This document shows, one piece after another, positions 41,870 through 54,349 of a stretch of DNA of 64,000 bases. Position numbers and translations under genes: made by a program. The notes beneath the pieces are model-generated. The model was not told the DNA's origin. It was given only the letters and a program-made list of their open reading frames with translations, and did not search any database. How positions within the stretch are numbered: position 1 is the first letter of the stretch; every line of letters starts with the position of its first letter. Source of the DNA: Iphione sp. A-MEVVRFRX5 (Eukaryota); NCBI GenBank assembly GCA_976226885.1, contig OZ320313.1, positions 142,972,001 to 143,036,000 of the forward strand, in the 5' to 3' direction.

Positions 41870-42130
41870 AACGTCACAAGGGTTCTGAGGGAGCCCCCAC
41901 TCAAGCTCGTTATCTGTGCAGTACCATTTTGCCTATCTGCCACCTGAAAGCAAGATCTATCGAGATATATTCTACACCATCCAGCTATGTGGACGATTTC
42001 ATCCTCCATCAGTCGAGTTCTCTTGAAACGCGGGTAATTACCTACATATTGCCGTGATAGTCGGGACACCTCATCAACGGAGAAGCAATGTCTCATTAGT
42101 GGGATATTCTTCTCCGGGCGACAGACATAA
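41870..42130 (+). mobile_element. Possible DIRS/Ngaro (tyrosine-recombinase retrotransposon) RT relic
   Basis: GAPTQ...HLKARSIEIYS...YVDDFILHQSSSLE...GHLINGE resembles DIRS RT (SAP..F....HLRARGIRI..YLDDWLI..SS.E...LGF.INWEK). Confidence 0.4.
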
Positions 42131-42846
42131 CTCCGACAATCCACGCCGGCTACACGGAAACCGTCAATAATAAATAAGCGGCACAGACATTTCCCCCGCA
42201 CCTAACCCCCCACCCACCTCCCAACCATCCTCCCTCATCGGAAGCATTCACGAATGATGACAATTCAGAAAATTTGGGCTTATTTCTCCATTTGTCTCAG
42301 ACTGTGTTAATAGTTTTCCTTCCTAACCTTCCGTTCTCAGTAGATGGGACTCCACGAAGTTTTCAATTCTTTTTTTACAATGCGCGTGTCCTTTTAATTG
42401 GACACTGAGCGCATCCTTCCAAAGAGGGGAGACGATTCTTTGAATAGTTATCCAACTTTTCTTGACGGCAATATCGCTTTTAATTGGACGCTGCTACCAG
42501 TTGTAAGGATTCTTTTGAATCCGCCACGGTTCGCCCTGCCTCTGAGCATGTTAGGCTTTGTGATAAATACTTATAAACCCATGCTCAGCCATACTATCTG
42601 ACTACCCCCCGCCCCCCGTATTTATGCATCCTTTTGAAGTGATGTCTTTGTTAACGACTGATTCTCGCTCGGTTGGAGCTCTTTTTACTGTTGTCCAGGG
42701 GCCTTCAACAATATGCCTCCCTCTGCCATCATTACTGCTTGTAGCAAACGCCCCCTGTAGTCGCCCTACAGCAACCGCTACAGGCTGACAGCGACCGCCT
42801 TTGCTGCGGGTGTCACGCAACCACTGCGGTCAGGAGAATGCCCAGG

Positions 42847-42862
42847 GCAGCAGGGGGCGCCA
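42847..42862 (+). promoter_or_regulatory. CTCF-like motif
   Basis: GCAGCAGGGGGCGCCA closely matches the bilaterian CTCF core CCAGCAGGGGGCGC. Motif match only. Confidence 0.4.
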
Positions 42863-45199
42863 CCGACGTGTTCTCCCCTATAGTTTGGACCCTACAGCTT
42901 CTACAGGGGGCGCGGCCGTTCCCTGTGGCGGGCACAAATGACCCCTTCATGCCGCCTGCTGTAGCCATTTTGATTTTTCGTCCTGGCTTTGCAAGGGGTC
43001 CCTGTGCTCATTAGGTTTCCACCGTGTTTTTACTGGTTGTTAGCCATGCTCCTAACATGACGTGGCTATTAATAGCTGAGTTGCTCCCTCTGTATACCCC
43101 TCCCAATCCCTCCTCTGTGGAGCTTTGGCCAGAGAGGTAACAATCTACGAATCAAGTCCGGATATTGATTATTGTCAATTCTGTTATGGGGTCCGTCTCG
43201 ACACAGGATGAAAAAGATCGCAAGTCTGTATATTTTTTAAAACGTTTAGCGCTGCCATAGTCTATAGTATGGCGATCTTGCTACACGCGTAACTTACTAC
43301 CTGATACTTTAACGCAGAGGAAGTGTCTTTTCATTCATTATTCACATGGGCCTACATCTGCACCTTTCAAAGGAATGGCAAATAGAAATATTAACTGTCA
43401 CCCAAGAGGAACAAGGATGGTGGGTACGACCCTTGTCCGCTCCACACTTTCACATCAAACTGCCCCTACTTCTGCACACGCTAGTTGGCTGATTTTTTGC
43501 ACGCATAGGAACATTTATATTCTGTGTTTTTCATCGTCTTCGTCGACCACTATGTCTGTACGCCTTGGCATCTACGCCCCGCTACCATTCATATTATCAG
43601 ACTGAGGGGGCGTAAGCAACAAAGTACCTTTCACATCAGTATTGTCGTATGGATTTAACAGGCCACAGGCACGCTGGGAGGTCATTATATCTAGCCCTTA
43701 CATATTTACATTACTAAATGAGAACAACGCAGGAAACATCTGCACGTCCCAGCTACACACAGCTGGTACACAGCACCTGTACATATACGTTCTTCGTCAA
43801 GATACATATGCGCTTGTGTAGGTTGTGGATCATGAATATTCATGTAGTAGTCATCTGTCATAATATTCTTTTACATATAGGTTTCTTTTTGTGTTGAGAT
43901 GTGCAGCAGCTGTAAATATCCTTCCCAGACAGGGTGTGAATATGCGTACGTGCCTGCAGATCCATGTGTATGAGACTGTTTGCGCCTGCGCATGCCCGCC
44001 GAGACGCCGCCGTCGGTCACTAATGCACCAGTCAGGCGCGAGGGGACAAGGCACCAGGCTACGGTACACACAGCCGGGCGCCCGCGCCGTCAAACACGTG
44101 TTTGGTCACATCGAACTGGGTAGATGATCAAACATCAAACACCAAACACGGGCGCAGGAGCCGGCGGCCGTCTCCCAGTCGCCAGCCCGGGATGGCGGTA
44201 GCAGTTCTGGCTGCATACAAAGCTGTAGCAGGTTCTCTTCACAATTCTTAATAACAGATGTTTTCCTAGATTACATATCGTACTGCAAGAATCGTGAAGC
44301 TCTAGACTAGCTGGCTGAAGATGAGCTCTGGATAAGCAAAGGAAAGCGGATGATGTTAAGAGTTGGCGGCAAAAAACGCGGCGAGACAATATGCACGTAA
44401 TGAAAAACGATAATGTGTAAAGGTGTCTGACGGGGGGATGTGATTTGCATCGTAGAGTTTGATACGTGATGTTTGATTTAAAATAAAACAAGGAAACGTG
44501 ACTAAAGGAGAAAGTTGCATCATCTAGACGATACGCAATGTGGACATTTAAGGAGAGGAAGGACAGTTCACGATACGAAGCAGACGAAGGAGGAACACAA
44601 TGTAAAATCGTGCAACCTTGAAGGGGGGGGGGTGGAGAGGCAGCAACAGGTAACACAGCCAAGCTGCTCAGCGGGCGCTTATGGACGCGCAACAGGTAAA
44701 ACTGAACAAATAGCAGTGAACCTAAGGGTCTGGAGGCGCTGTTAAATAAAGAACACAGAGAGAGCCAGTGCAAACCCGTAACGCGTCAATGTCAGTCCGC
44801 CTGTCAGTATCGGAGGTCGCTTTCGGAAGGCATGAGCAGCAACGGCCAACGTGGGAGCAATACTACAGCAAAAAAAACCCCTTTCATGGTCCTAATACTG
44901 ACAGGCATGGTATAGTGAGTGACCATTCAAGGTACCCCGCTGTATGGGTTCTTGAAAGACCACGGCTGATGTCCCAGGCTTATAACCCGATACCAAATAC
45001 ATGGACTAGGATGATAATTTTTTTGTTATATTCTTACTGAACACACAACGGTAATTCTTGAGACGAGTAAAGACATTAAGTTAAAGTAGTGACTTTCTCT
45101 TAATACAGACCTATGAAAAAAAACTCAAGAGGTATGGTGGTAAAGACCACAGAAATGCAAACAGACAAAGCATAAAATATGCAACGCCAGAAGTAACAT

Positions 45200-45861
45200 A
45201 AATACCGCTCGCAACACAGCAACACCTGGTGCCATCTACTAAATAGTCACTGCTTGGGTGAGCAACTCACCAACGCCGGGTCTTAACACACCTGCATCAA
45301 AAACATGTAGGTCAAGCAAAGAGCAACCCCAACCCAATTACCGAAGCTAACTCCAGCGCTGGTCAGCAGGTGGCGTAAGCAGCTAACACCATTAGCCTCT
45401 TATAGCTTACCGAATAGGCTTGAGATAAAGTGTCCGCCACTTGCGCCGTCGAGACCTTCAATGTTGGAAGCATCCCATTGCAGCACGAGCCATTTGTCAG
45501 CTGATTACATATGAATTATCAGGTGGAAACACCACGAAGGTAGTTCCCTTTCCGTTTACTCGATATGTCCAGTGTGTTGTACCATTCCCCGAGAGGGGGT
45601 CGATTTCTGCTGCAACATTGTGTTTCGGGGGTTGCGTTTAACGACTAGAGTACTTGGTGATACATGTGTTGCTCATTGCCCGAATTCTTACAAAGTCACA
45701 TTGTAGTCGACACTATGTACACTAGTCGACACCGTGCTGCTGCCAAGAAAGATTGGGAGGGAGGGAGGGAGGGAGGGAGGGAGGGAGGGAGGGAGGGAGG
45801 GAGGGAGGGAGGGAGGGAGGGAGGGAGGGGCAGAATGAAATAGAGATGGGCAGAATGAAAT

Positions 45862-45898
<37 letters not shown>

Positions 45899-45959
45899 GG
45901 GAGGAGGGAGAAACATAGGACAGATGCAGATGAAGAGACGGGACCAGAGTGAACGAGGC

Positions 45960-46042
<83 letters not shown>

Positions 46043-47250
46043 ACAGGAATTTGTGAATAGCCAAGACCCCAGACCCCAGACCCCAGACAGTTGCTTGTCT
46101 GTTACAGAAACTCATTTATTTTTTTGCCAACTGGAAGCCATATTTCTTTGCGCTCTACCCCCAAAGACAGGCAGTGATCGACTGAAATGGACCGATCAAT
46201 CACGTTCAATATTGCGTCCAGTTTCACCTTTGATCACTGCCACAGATACTTTTTTTTATTTGACAGAATCCCTCATCTTCCCAACCCACAAGATCAATCT
46301 TCTGTGTTGCCTGTGATGTGAAACAGTACACAGTTCACTGAAGACCTCTTAAATCACCATAAACATAACATTCGATATGTGTGTAGCATGTATCCTATTA
46401 CGATAAAGATTTACTTATAAATAAATGTACAGAAATAGGGCCTAAAATGTAAAAAGACCTCGTTTCCACACGAAGATGAAGACCAATAGATACAGATTCT
46501 ATATGCGATTATATACAATCGTATATATTGTAATTCAACGATCTTATCGGCGGGGGTAGGGTGTTGCTGCAGAAAAAGTTGGGCACTGGCCACTGCCAAG
46601 ATTGATTGCCTTAGAGCTGGCTATTCTTATCAGCATCCCTTGTTGCGCGTCGCTGCGCTATGGGATTTGACCCATCGTCCATAAAGCACCCTATTCCCGC
46701 TTGGATTTTAACCCTCCTGGGGCCAGTAGGGTTGAACAAGACGATTTGACCCCACTATGGCTGTATATTGGTCGCAACTTAGATAAGATCTGCTTGACCT
46801 AAGGCAAACATACGCCACCATACCGAGATTGCCTCAGTTGATGTAGCACCACGAGGGGAGAGGAATACTTAGCCGATGGATACATCATTCGCACTGGTTT
46901 GGTCAAGTTACTGCTGCACTGTGTAAGAAAGCTGCTATCTAATGGAAGGTCTGTCTAGGTCTATATGGACCCTCTATAAGAACCAGATCTAAATGGACTA
47001 TATCATGAACACCTGATGGATCCCCGTATACAAATAACAAAAAACCCCATTTGAAGAGCAAGGTATAAACCCATTCAGCTTACAGATTAGGTAATGCAAT
47101 CTTCAGATTTGGACTGGGTGCCCGTGTTTATTATCCCTATGCGTTGCACATGACAGTGTACCACCCTCTGACAGGAGTGTGATACACGACTCTGTGCCTA
47201 AACCTATGCAGTACAGGGTCAAATGTCATTTGATGAATGCACCATCACAA
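45200..47250 (-). mobile_element. Probable highly degenerate LINE (endonuclease plus linker) interrupted by a purine microsatellite block
   Basis: LNGFIP...GVFVICIRGSIRC and VLIEGPYRPRQT (about 46850-47130; cf. GGVCIYVR.SI and GCYRPP), then NRPPLGEWYN...KRKGNYL (about 45500-45620; cf. KPWFN..LR...RKRN.L). Confidence 0.33.
45755..46040 (+). repeat. Compound purine tract: (GGGA) about 19 units, a duplicated 19-mer, then (GA)n
   Basis: (GGGA)n 45755-45830, GGGCAGAATGAAATAGAGA twice, (GA)n at about 45863-45899 and 45963-46040. Confidence 0.97.
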
Positions 47251-50030
47251 TATAATCTTCACGTATACCGTGCAGTGTCTTTTTATGACTTTTTATGTTA
47301 AATTGGAGTCAGATAATCACGTTATCAATCAACATTTCCAGTGTCAGTCCGTGGTTCGTGTCCACCACGTGGTGGTAATATTGTCTAATTGCGTCAACCA
47401 TTTGTATCACACCTTCTGCGTCAAAATTCGAACTCATGGTGCTTCAGGCTATCTATCCTCGTCAGTATTTTGAATGTTAGATACTTGAGTGAGACAGCGA
47501 TGAATTCAGAAATATGACTATGGCCCGATACCCATGTATCTGTCAGTTTTAATGGATCTATTAGGTACTGTACTTTAAAATGATGCGTATTTTCAGTGCA
47601 GGTTGTTGACACAAGGTAAAAAAATATGTTTTAGTTTATTGCTGTCTACGGGATGATACATGATGAATAAAAGATAAGAAGATACGAACAAGGCTAGATA
47701 GAAATGACACATCTGTCAACACACGATGTACACAACACACGAGGGAAAGCTTCACCAACGTCCAACTAGTATGAATCGCCCAAATGATGATAAACATATG
47801 AGACTGCTCCTCACAATTAACGAAGCGTCATACCTGCACTTTGAAGAAACTAATCAGCAAACGTTTGTGACTTTCTCATACATGTGGCCAAAAGTAACAC
47901 TCCCGAGTGCGTGTCAACAGAGCATGCCATGAATACCACGACACCGTTCCACTCCCCTTCACTATTACTCCTATATTGCCTACGGCAGCAACGACATGTT
48001 ATTTCGGAGCGATGGCATCGACTGGACCAAGTAAAACATAGCGAGGGCCCTGAGGGTGAGAGGTGGCTCGCGAGTACTTCCTCCGCGCCGGGTCAGCGCG
48101 CGGTCGTCGCTCTATTATGTATGTGCCGATGACATGGGACTCGGGCCGGAAAGGTTAGGTGAGGCGTCGCATGGACATAACGACGGCAGCTACTAGTGCA
48201 TAATGGCGGCCTAACATCGCTCGCGTGTGAGAGGACGAACATGCTGGCAAAGGCGACCAATACATCCAGTGTTCTACCATAACAGCAGTAAAGGGGCTGT
48301 TTACAGGATACACACCACTGCTATGAACGTTGCATAACTTCCTTGCTAAAAAATTAATATCCAGAAGAAAATATGACGCTCTAAAGGGAACAACATCCAA
48401 GCGTTAATGTTTGCATCTTAGACCTATGCCCCTGCAGTCTCTCTGGCATTAAAAACTAGCAAAGAGGCTTTGTGAGCTGGGAAGGCACAATGAATATCTG
48501 GAAACGCCAAGAATTCCTTCAGGCACACTCACCACTGAATCCACACAGACACGTATATCATTATATGTAATTTTCTGAATAATTTCGTAAGTCATTCATA
48601 GAAGATGTACTTGGTAAAAGTAAGATATAAAGAACACATTTCCCGCAACTTAGTCGGATGTAAGTTTATAATAACTGCAATGACATCCTTGTTATAGACA
48701 TGTACTCGTCCGCTCGAAGCATAGCCTTTCAGTATGCCTTGTGTTAATAAAGGAACTACAAAGAGTAACTACTCGATAAACATGAAGTTAAATTGTTATG
48801 AAAGGACTCTTTTATAAGGATCAAAGATCTAACTGAATAGAAAACAGTTCAAACTATATAGAAGTACATTGTCAGGTGCGTGGTCAGGTGGACCGATCCT
48901 GCTGCTGCGAAAAAAAAATCAATTTTTAGATGAAGTTCACTTTGACTGGCTTAGCGATTAAAAATATGACGAGAACTACTATCCTGTGTCTATGAATGAT
49001 TCAAAGGAAGGATGCTTCATGGGATCAACAGTCAGCACCGGATTGGTCTCTTTTTCAAGAGATGACCTTGAGCGTCGAGAGAGGCGACAAGTTATCTTCA
49101 GATATGTCAAAAAAATCTCGCACATCTGTCTTTATTTAGGAGGTGTGTTGAACATGACGAACTTACAAATTGGTGTTACAAGCTCACATACAGCCTTATT
49201 TAAGCGCGCTTGCCCGATGGTCCATTCATCCTAATGTAAAAATGTGGAGTCACTCTGGGTGGTGACAAGGACATGGTCATCGGCGGGACGGGGCGCTGCG
49301 AGGTGGTGGTGGGGGGGGGGGGTGGTTTGCCTTGAACTGGATGGAGAGTCAGGGAGGGACGTTGGTGCGTTGGCCACACATGATGGATGCCAGGTGTCAG
49401 GCAGGCAGGTCTCAGCCGTCTCGTTAGTGAGCCGCCGTCGACCTATGACTCACCTTCAAGTGACCACCGCGGACAGGCGACCCCGACACCCCACCCCCGC
49501 TTAGCTATGAGCCCTGTATCATTATGTCACACTACATATTCAAACTTCATACCAGCTTTAAGTTACCCATGTTCATGCAACCCTATTTTATATAGTGACT
49601 TGTCTTATCTATCCGTATTACCCCACCGTCAGCCCCCCCCCCCCCAAAATAACAGATTCACTTTTGCTGACGCAACACTGTCTGCTGCTGCTGTCGCCTT
49701 TTGTCATATTTCAATCACTTGAGCTGATACAATTAGAGGCTGCGTTAATTGAACAAGAAAGAAATCGTAATTCAAAATGCAGTGAACTGAGCGTATCGAT
49801 GGAGGAAGAGTGCAGATCAATAAAGTCAGCGTAGAAACACGCTCTTCTGGAGAGGAGACAAATAAGAGGAAGATTGCCGGAACAACATTGGTTGGAAAGG
49901 GAATCTGTAGGCAATGAGAGAAGGAAAGTTAGACAGAGCCGGGGAGAGACCTAGAAAGAAAGAGATTGAAAGACAGAGAGACGATAAGAGACTGAAGAGA
50001 TAGGGGAAGATCAATAAATACGGCATAGGA

Positions 50031-50037
50031 GAGAGAG

Positions 50038-50092
<55 letters not shown>
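50031..50092 (+). repeat. (GA)n microsatellite within a purine-rich low-complexity block (about 49900-50270)
   Basis: Directly visible. Confidence 0.95.
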
Positions 50093-50097
<5 letters not shown>

Positions 50098-52532
50098 CAG
50101 GAAGGTAGCCGACCAGTAAGCCGGATACCCAGACAGTGACAGCCAAAGAAAACTAGCAGAGAGAAGGACAGACAAAGGGGGAGAGAGAATAGCGGAGAAA
50201 AAAGAAGGATAGGCCTACTGAAAGTCGGAGAAAGAGAGGGAATTAGAGACAAGAGAAAGAGGGACCCACAGTCACACAGAAAGAATTTCAATTACTGAAA
50301 GAAGTACAGTAGTTACACTGCCTATATAAAACGTTGCCTGAAAGTAGTACGGCCATGGGGAAGACCTCTCATGAGTGTGAGACAGTTTTAAAGTGTTTTT
50401 TGTCAAAAAAGAGAACATAAGGAAAACACAAAAAAACATAGCCCTACTTTTTTCAGAGCTGAGTAGGAATATCTCTTTATTACATAACACACACCTCCCT
50501 GTACTTTGACCCCTGCCCAGAACCAAGGCTGTAAACCATAAGGTTGGGGGGGGGGGGGTGGTATTCAGCATGATATGAGCGAGGTGAGCCAAAGGCGCTT
50601 GTCAAAACAAAAAGAGGCTAATATGGAAAACAGTGAAGGAAAGTAAACAGCTGAGACGAGACGATGTAATAGAACTACCGAGAGAAGATGACTTTCTGAA
50701 GGATGAAGTATTGTCAGAACTGTGATAGGGCAATCTTCCTATCAACCTTACGGATGAGAGGAGGAATGAGTCACACACTGTCGGAACCATCGTAATCATG
50801 CTTTATGAAGAAAATTCCATTCTGCCCATTAATCGCCATATTACAATATCTCAGATGAGCTGCAATATATCATTTGGCGCCTGTTTAATAGGGAAAGTAG
50901 TTCGTCTTTCAGTCAAGGCATGTTCTTTACGTTATTTACAGCCACGATACGTGTATTCGATGAAACTTGCTACACTGGCACACCGCGATATGATAGCAGC
51001 GGGGAAATAAAGTTAAAATTAATAAAGCTCTTACGAAAAGTATAAAAGGACATCGGGTAATAGACGTCCATTAATAGAGTGTAATTGTATTGTGACTACG
51101 GCTGACACGCAAGTTTTAATTGTCGTGGGGCATTTTAATTCCCTCGGTGAGTCCGGAAAATAATACAGAATTTCGAAGGATCATTACGCTTTTAATTGGA
51201 CAGGGACTCGGTAGATAATGGAACAAACTCGCGCCAGGAAACGTAAAATACATGGTCATTTTACTTTACATCGTTCCAGTAAAACTGAACTTTTCCACTG
51301 CCCATCACATGTATACATACGTGACAAGGGATGGTGTATATACCTTTAAAGTCATCAGTGTGGAAGAATGTTTTACATTCTCTGAACCTATATTTCATAG
51401 AGGGCACCCCACTAATGACCGTCACATTAATTTTATATAGTTATTGGTTGTCTTTCTATGTTTATATGCAGCCAAGTGCTATCTGTTCTTCTTTATATTT
51501 CTCTGTGGCCTACTCCTTTCTACTGCCTTCCAATATATCTCCATAGGTTAATACTATCTGTTGCCCTTTTATATTTCCCTGTGGTCTAATGGAAGCTTTT
51601 GTACTTTTATTTTCTCAGTAGTCTAGTGCCGTCTGTTGCCTCTCACTTTCTTTTGCTGTCGGTCGTATTTGCCTTTCTCTTTCTCCTATGCCCTATTTTC
51701 AGATCTTTTGGATTTTTTCTTCAATACTACTGTTATTTTGAAAGATATTACTACATTCTCTATTCCCTTCACGACCTCTCCCTCTCCAACTCTCAGCCTC
51801 CAGCCGCAGTCTAACAGAGGCATTAAGGCACGCGTGCCGCAGGGCAGGAAAACATACTTCATGGCAAACCATCGGGAACATGGGAGACCAGAACAGGCTC
51901 CGCCGTAAAGCTACATCCTGATAAGGAGGAAGAATCCTTCACCGACAGCTCCTTATTCCACGGCCCTGAGCTTAGCATTTACGGCACGTACATTGTGGCC
52001 AAAAAGCGCAGACTATATGCGAAAAGTGAATACATGTACCTGTCACTATAGATACACGTATGCATGTATGTATCTTTCATTATACATTGTAGATACATGT
52101 AGACGATTTTAACATAGTGGATTACGTCCTGTCATTATGGATATATGCTTTTCACCTATAGTGGTTTACGTTAAACACGTCCTTGGCAATATATGTGCGA
52201 TGTGATGCAACACTAAAATATAAAAGCCTTAGAGCTCTAGAAGGAAGTCTATAGCTATCACCATAGGCAAGCAAGTTAGTGAGAACATGAACACGGATAG
52301 CATGTTATCATTCTACAGTGTACTTTCGGACGATTACAGATCTTGGGGGCGTATAAGGACTCTAGATGACCACTTAGACTTAATTTCATATGTCCATGTT
52401 TGGGTGCTTCACGTGTATTTCATGCCTGTTTGTGTAGATGATCATAAAGAGGTTAGAGGGGAAACGTTGACAGATGTATTTCCATGTACCTGTGTTTTCA
52501 TGTCTGTGCTGGAGACACGTACACAGATGTAC

Positions 52533-52592
52533 CCTGGCCTTCCCTCGGCCATCCCAGATTTCCCTTGGCCGCCCTTGGCCTTCCCTGGCCAA
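52533..52592. repeat. Short degenerate repeat CCC(T/TT/TC)GGCC, five copies
   Basis: ccctggcc, ccctcggcc, cccttggcc twice, ccctggcc. Confidence 0.8.
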
Positions 52593-53519
52593 CCTGCCTG
52601 TTTGGTATGTATACATACGTGTATCAAGAAAATGTGCAAAAACTTCAACATTTGTTTACAATTTTAGGGGCTGTTCACTTGTATCCGTATTTTTTCTATG
52701 TCTATAGGTCTGTAGACCTTTTTTTTTAAATAAACGAACTGGAACACTCGTCGATTGAGATCGTCCGTTGCTCAGTCAAACCCTTTTCAAAATGTCACAG
52801 CAGTAAATATTTAAACAGAACTGTGCGGAAGTGTACCAGTGGCACCAGTTATCTCAAGTAATATGAATAACAAAGTCTGCGGAAGAAAGACGAGAGCACA
52901 TTGCAAGCTGAGGTACCCTGACAATAACGTTGAGAAAAAAAGGTACCGCTTAAGATGATTTAATTTGTTTCCCAAAGTTCCTTTCCTCTTCACCTTTTAT
53001 CAGCCAATTACAACAAGATTTCTTTAGGGATTTCCATTGATTGAATCTGACATTCGGTTGAAGCAGGAATTTAAAAAAAAGAACAACACCACATTAAGTT
53101 ACTGCAGTACTTCGTCTTTGGTGGCATATTATTCCCCAGGCAAATCTCAACGGTGAGTAAGAAACACAATCAATGAAATTTACTTCATAAGTGCGCACTT
53201 TCCAGAACTTTTCCAAAGTAATAACGTCAATCAAACGAGATTTCGTGTGTGCAGGGAAAACAATAGCACCTTTTCAAGTAACGAAATTATAAAAATAGTT
53301 GGAATAGTTAGAAAACCATCATCAAAGAAGCACAGTGGGGTCTCATATCGTCTAGATCGTTATATTCTGATGGAGAAGTATTTATCGCCGGAAGCAAAGT
53401 ATATCATACGTAATTCTAGCTTCTGAGCAGAACGACTGATTTAATGGAAGTCTCTCAAAACAGGATACGGAATTACTGCCAAGAAAGCTTTAACACGAGC
53501 AGCGACAACTGGCACCTAC

Positions 53520-54349
53520 TTTGAAAGGGAAACTCCGCCCTCTTTGTTGATGAACTGTTCGTGGTGAAGAACTGCAGGGTCCCAGGGTATATCCAAGAAG
53601 TCGAGAATCTTTCTTGTCCACTCCACTGGATGGAGCACAAGCTGTTCATAGTAAACAGGCAGGCACCGGTTGGGGCCAACACGCAGGCACTGGTAATACA
53701 TGCTCTCCATTGCCGAGTTCCACTTCTGCAAGCAGTTTTTGTACGACTTAAGATCGAAGCCGGAGATGGTCACCTTCCTGGAGATGATGGAGTGCACGAC
53801 GGCACGGCCATCACGGATCATGAGCATGAACTTGGAGTTCGGGAACATGGTGGAGAGATAGACACTCGACTTGAGCGTGAAGGGGTCTTTATTGCAGAGT
53901 CTCGGTGCCGGGTCACCGTGCTTCGCAATGATCTCCAGTATGAATGCTGCTAAGGCGGAGTCGATGACCTCGTCGGAGAGGCCCGCCTCCTGCAGGCGCT
54001 TCGACTCTCGCGGCGATCTGGACCACTGGGAGCGCATGCCTAGCAGGCGGGGGATGACCCGAGTCTCTTCACCGCACCGGATATCAGGATGGGCGTCCAG
54101 CATGACTCGCATGAGGGTCGTCCCCGAGCGGGGCACACCTCCGATGAAGATGAGCGGCATGCTGCGGTCATAAGGGAAGGCCCGGTTGGTCTTGTCGTAC
54201 ACATAGTGCGTCGACTCCTTGGGCACCATGCGCGATCGCACCGGGGGGTCACATGGCAGCAGCCAGGAGTAGAGCATGAGCACGCATGCGCACAGCACGA
54301 GCGCACTCACTGCCAGACGACTCACGCTACATCGATGCATCTTTGTCAT
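53520..54349 (-). CDS. TPST: Tyrosylprotein sulfotransferase, first coding exon (cytosolic tail, signal-anchor and most of the catalytic domain)
   Basis: The translation contains TPST hallmarks: hydrophobic anchor [24 protein letters not shown] 5'-phosphosulfate loop [38 protein letters not shown], 3'-phosphate motif [19 protein letters not shown] and GGVSLSK. The first in-frame ATG is at 54349 (gccATGa); the ORF-track start at 54445 is GTG. The exon ends at a phase-2 donor TCAAA|gtaggt (intron starts 53519). TPST1 versus TPST2 cannot be assigned and may not apply to an invertebrate. Confidence 0.95.

Larger units (their letters stand above)
1824..53519 (-). other. TPST: TPST phase-2 GT-AG intron, 51,696 nt
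   Basis: Canonical donor and acceptor join two contiguous parts of the TPST catalytic domain with no residues missing, so no further constitutive coding exon is needed. Confidence 0.85.

Noticed and set aside
45688-46316. ORFs with SLSLSL/ERERER/PPSL runs (also at 5132-5643, 25917-26369, 49826-50291)
   Set aside because: Translations of microsatellites.
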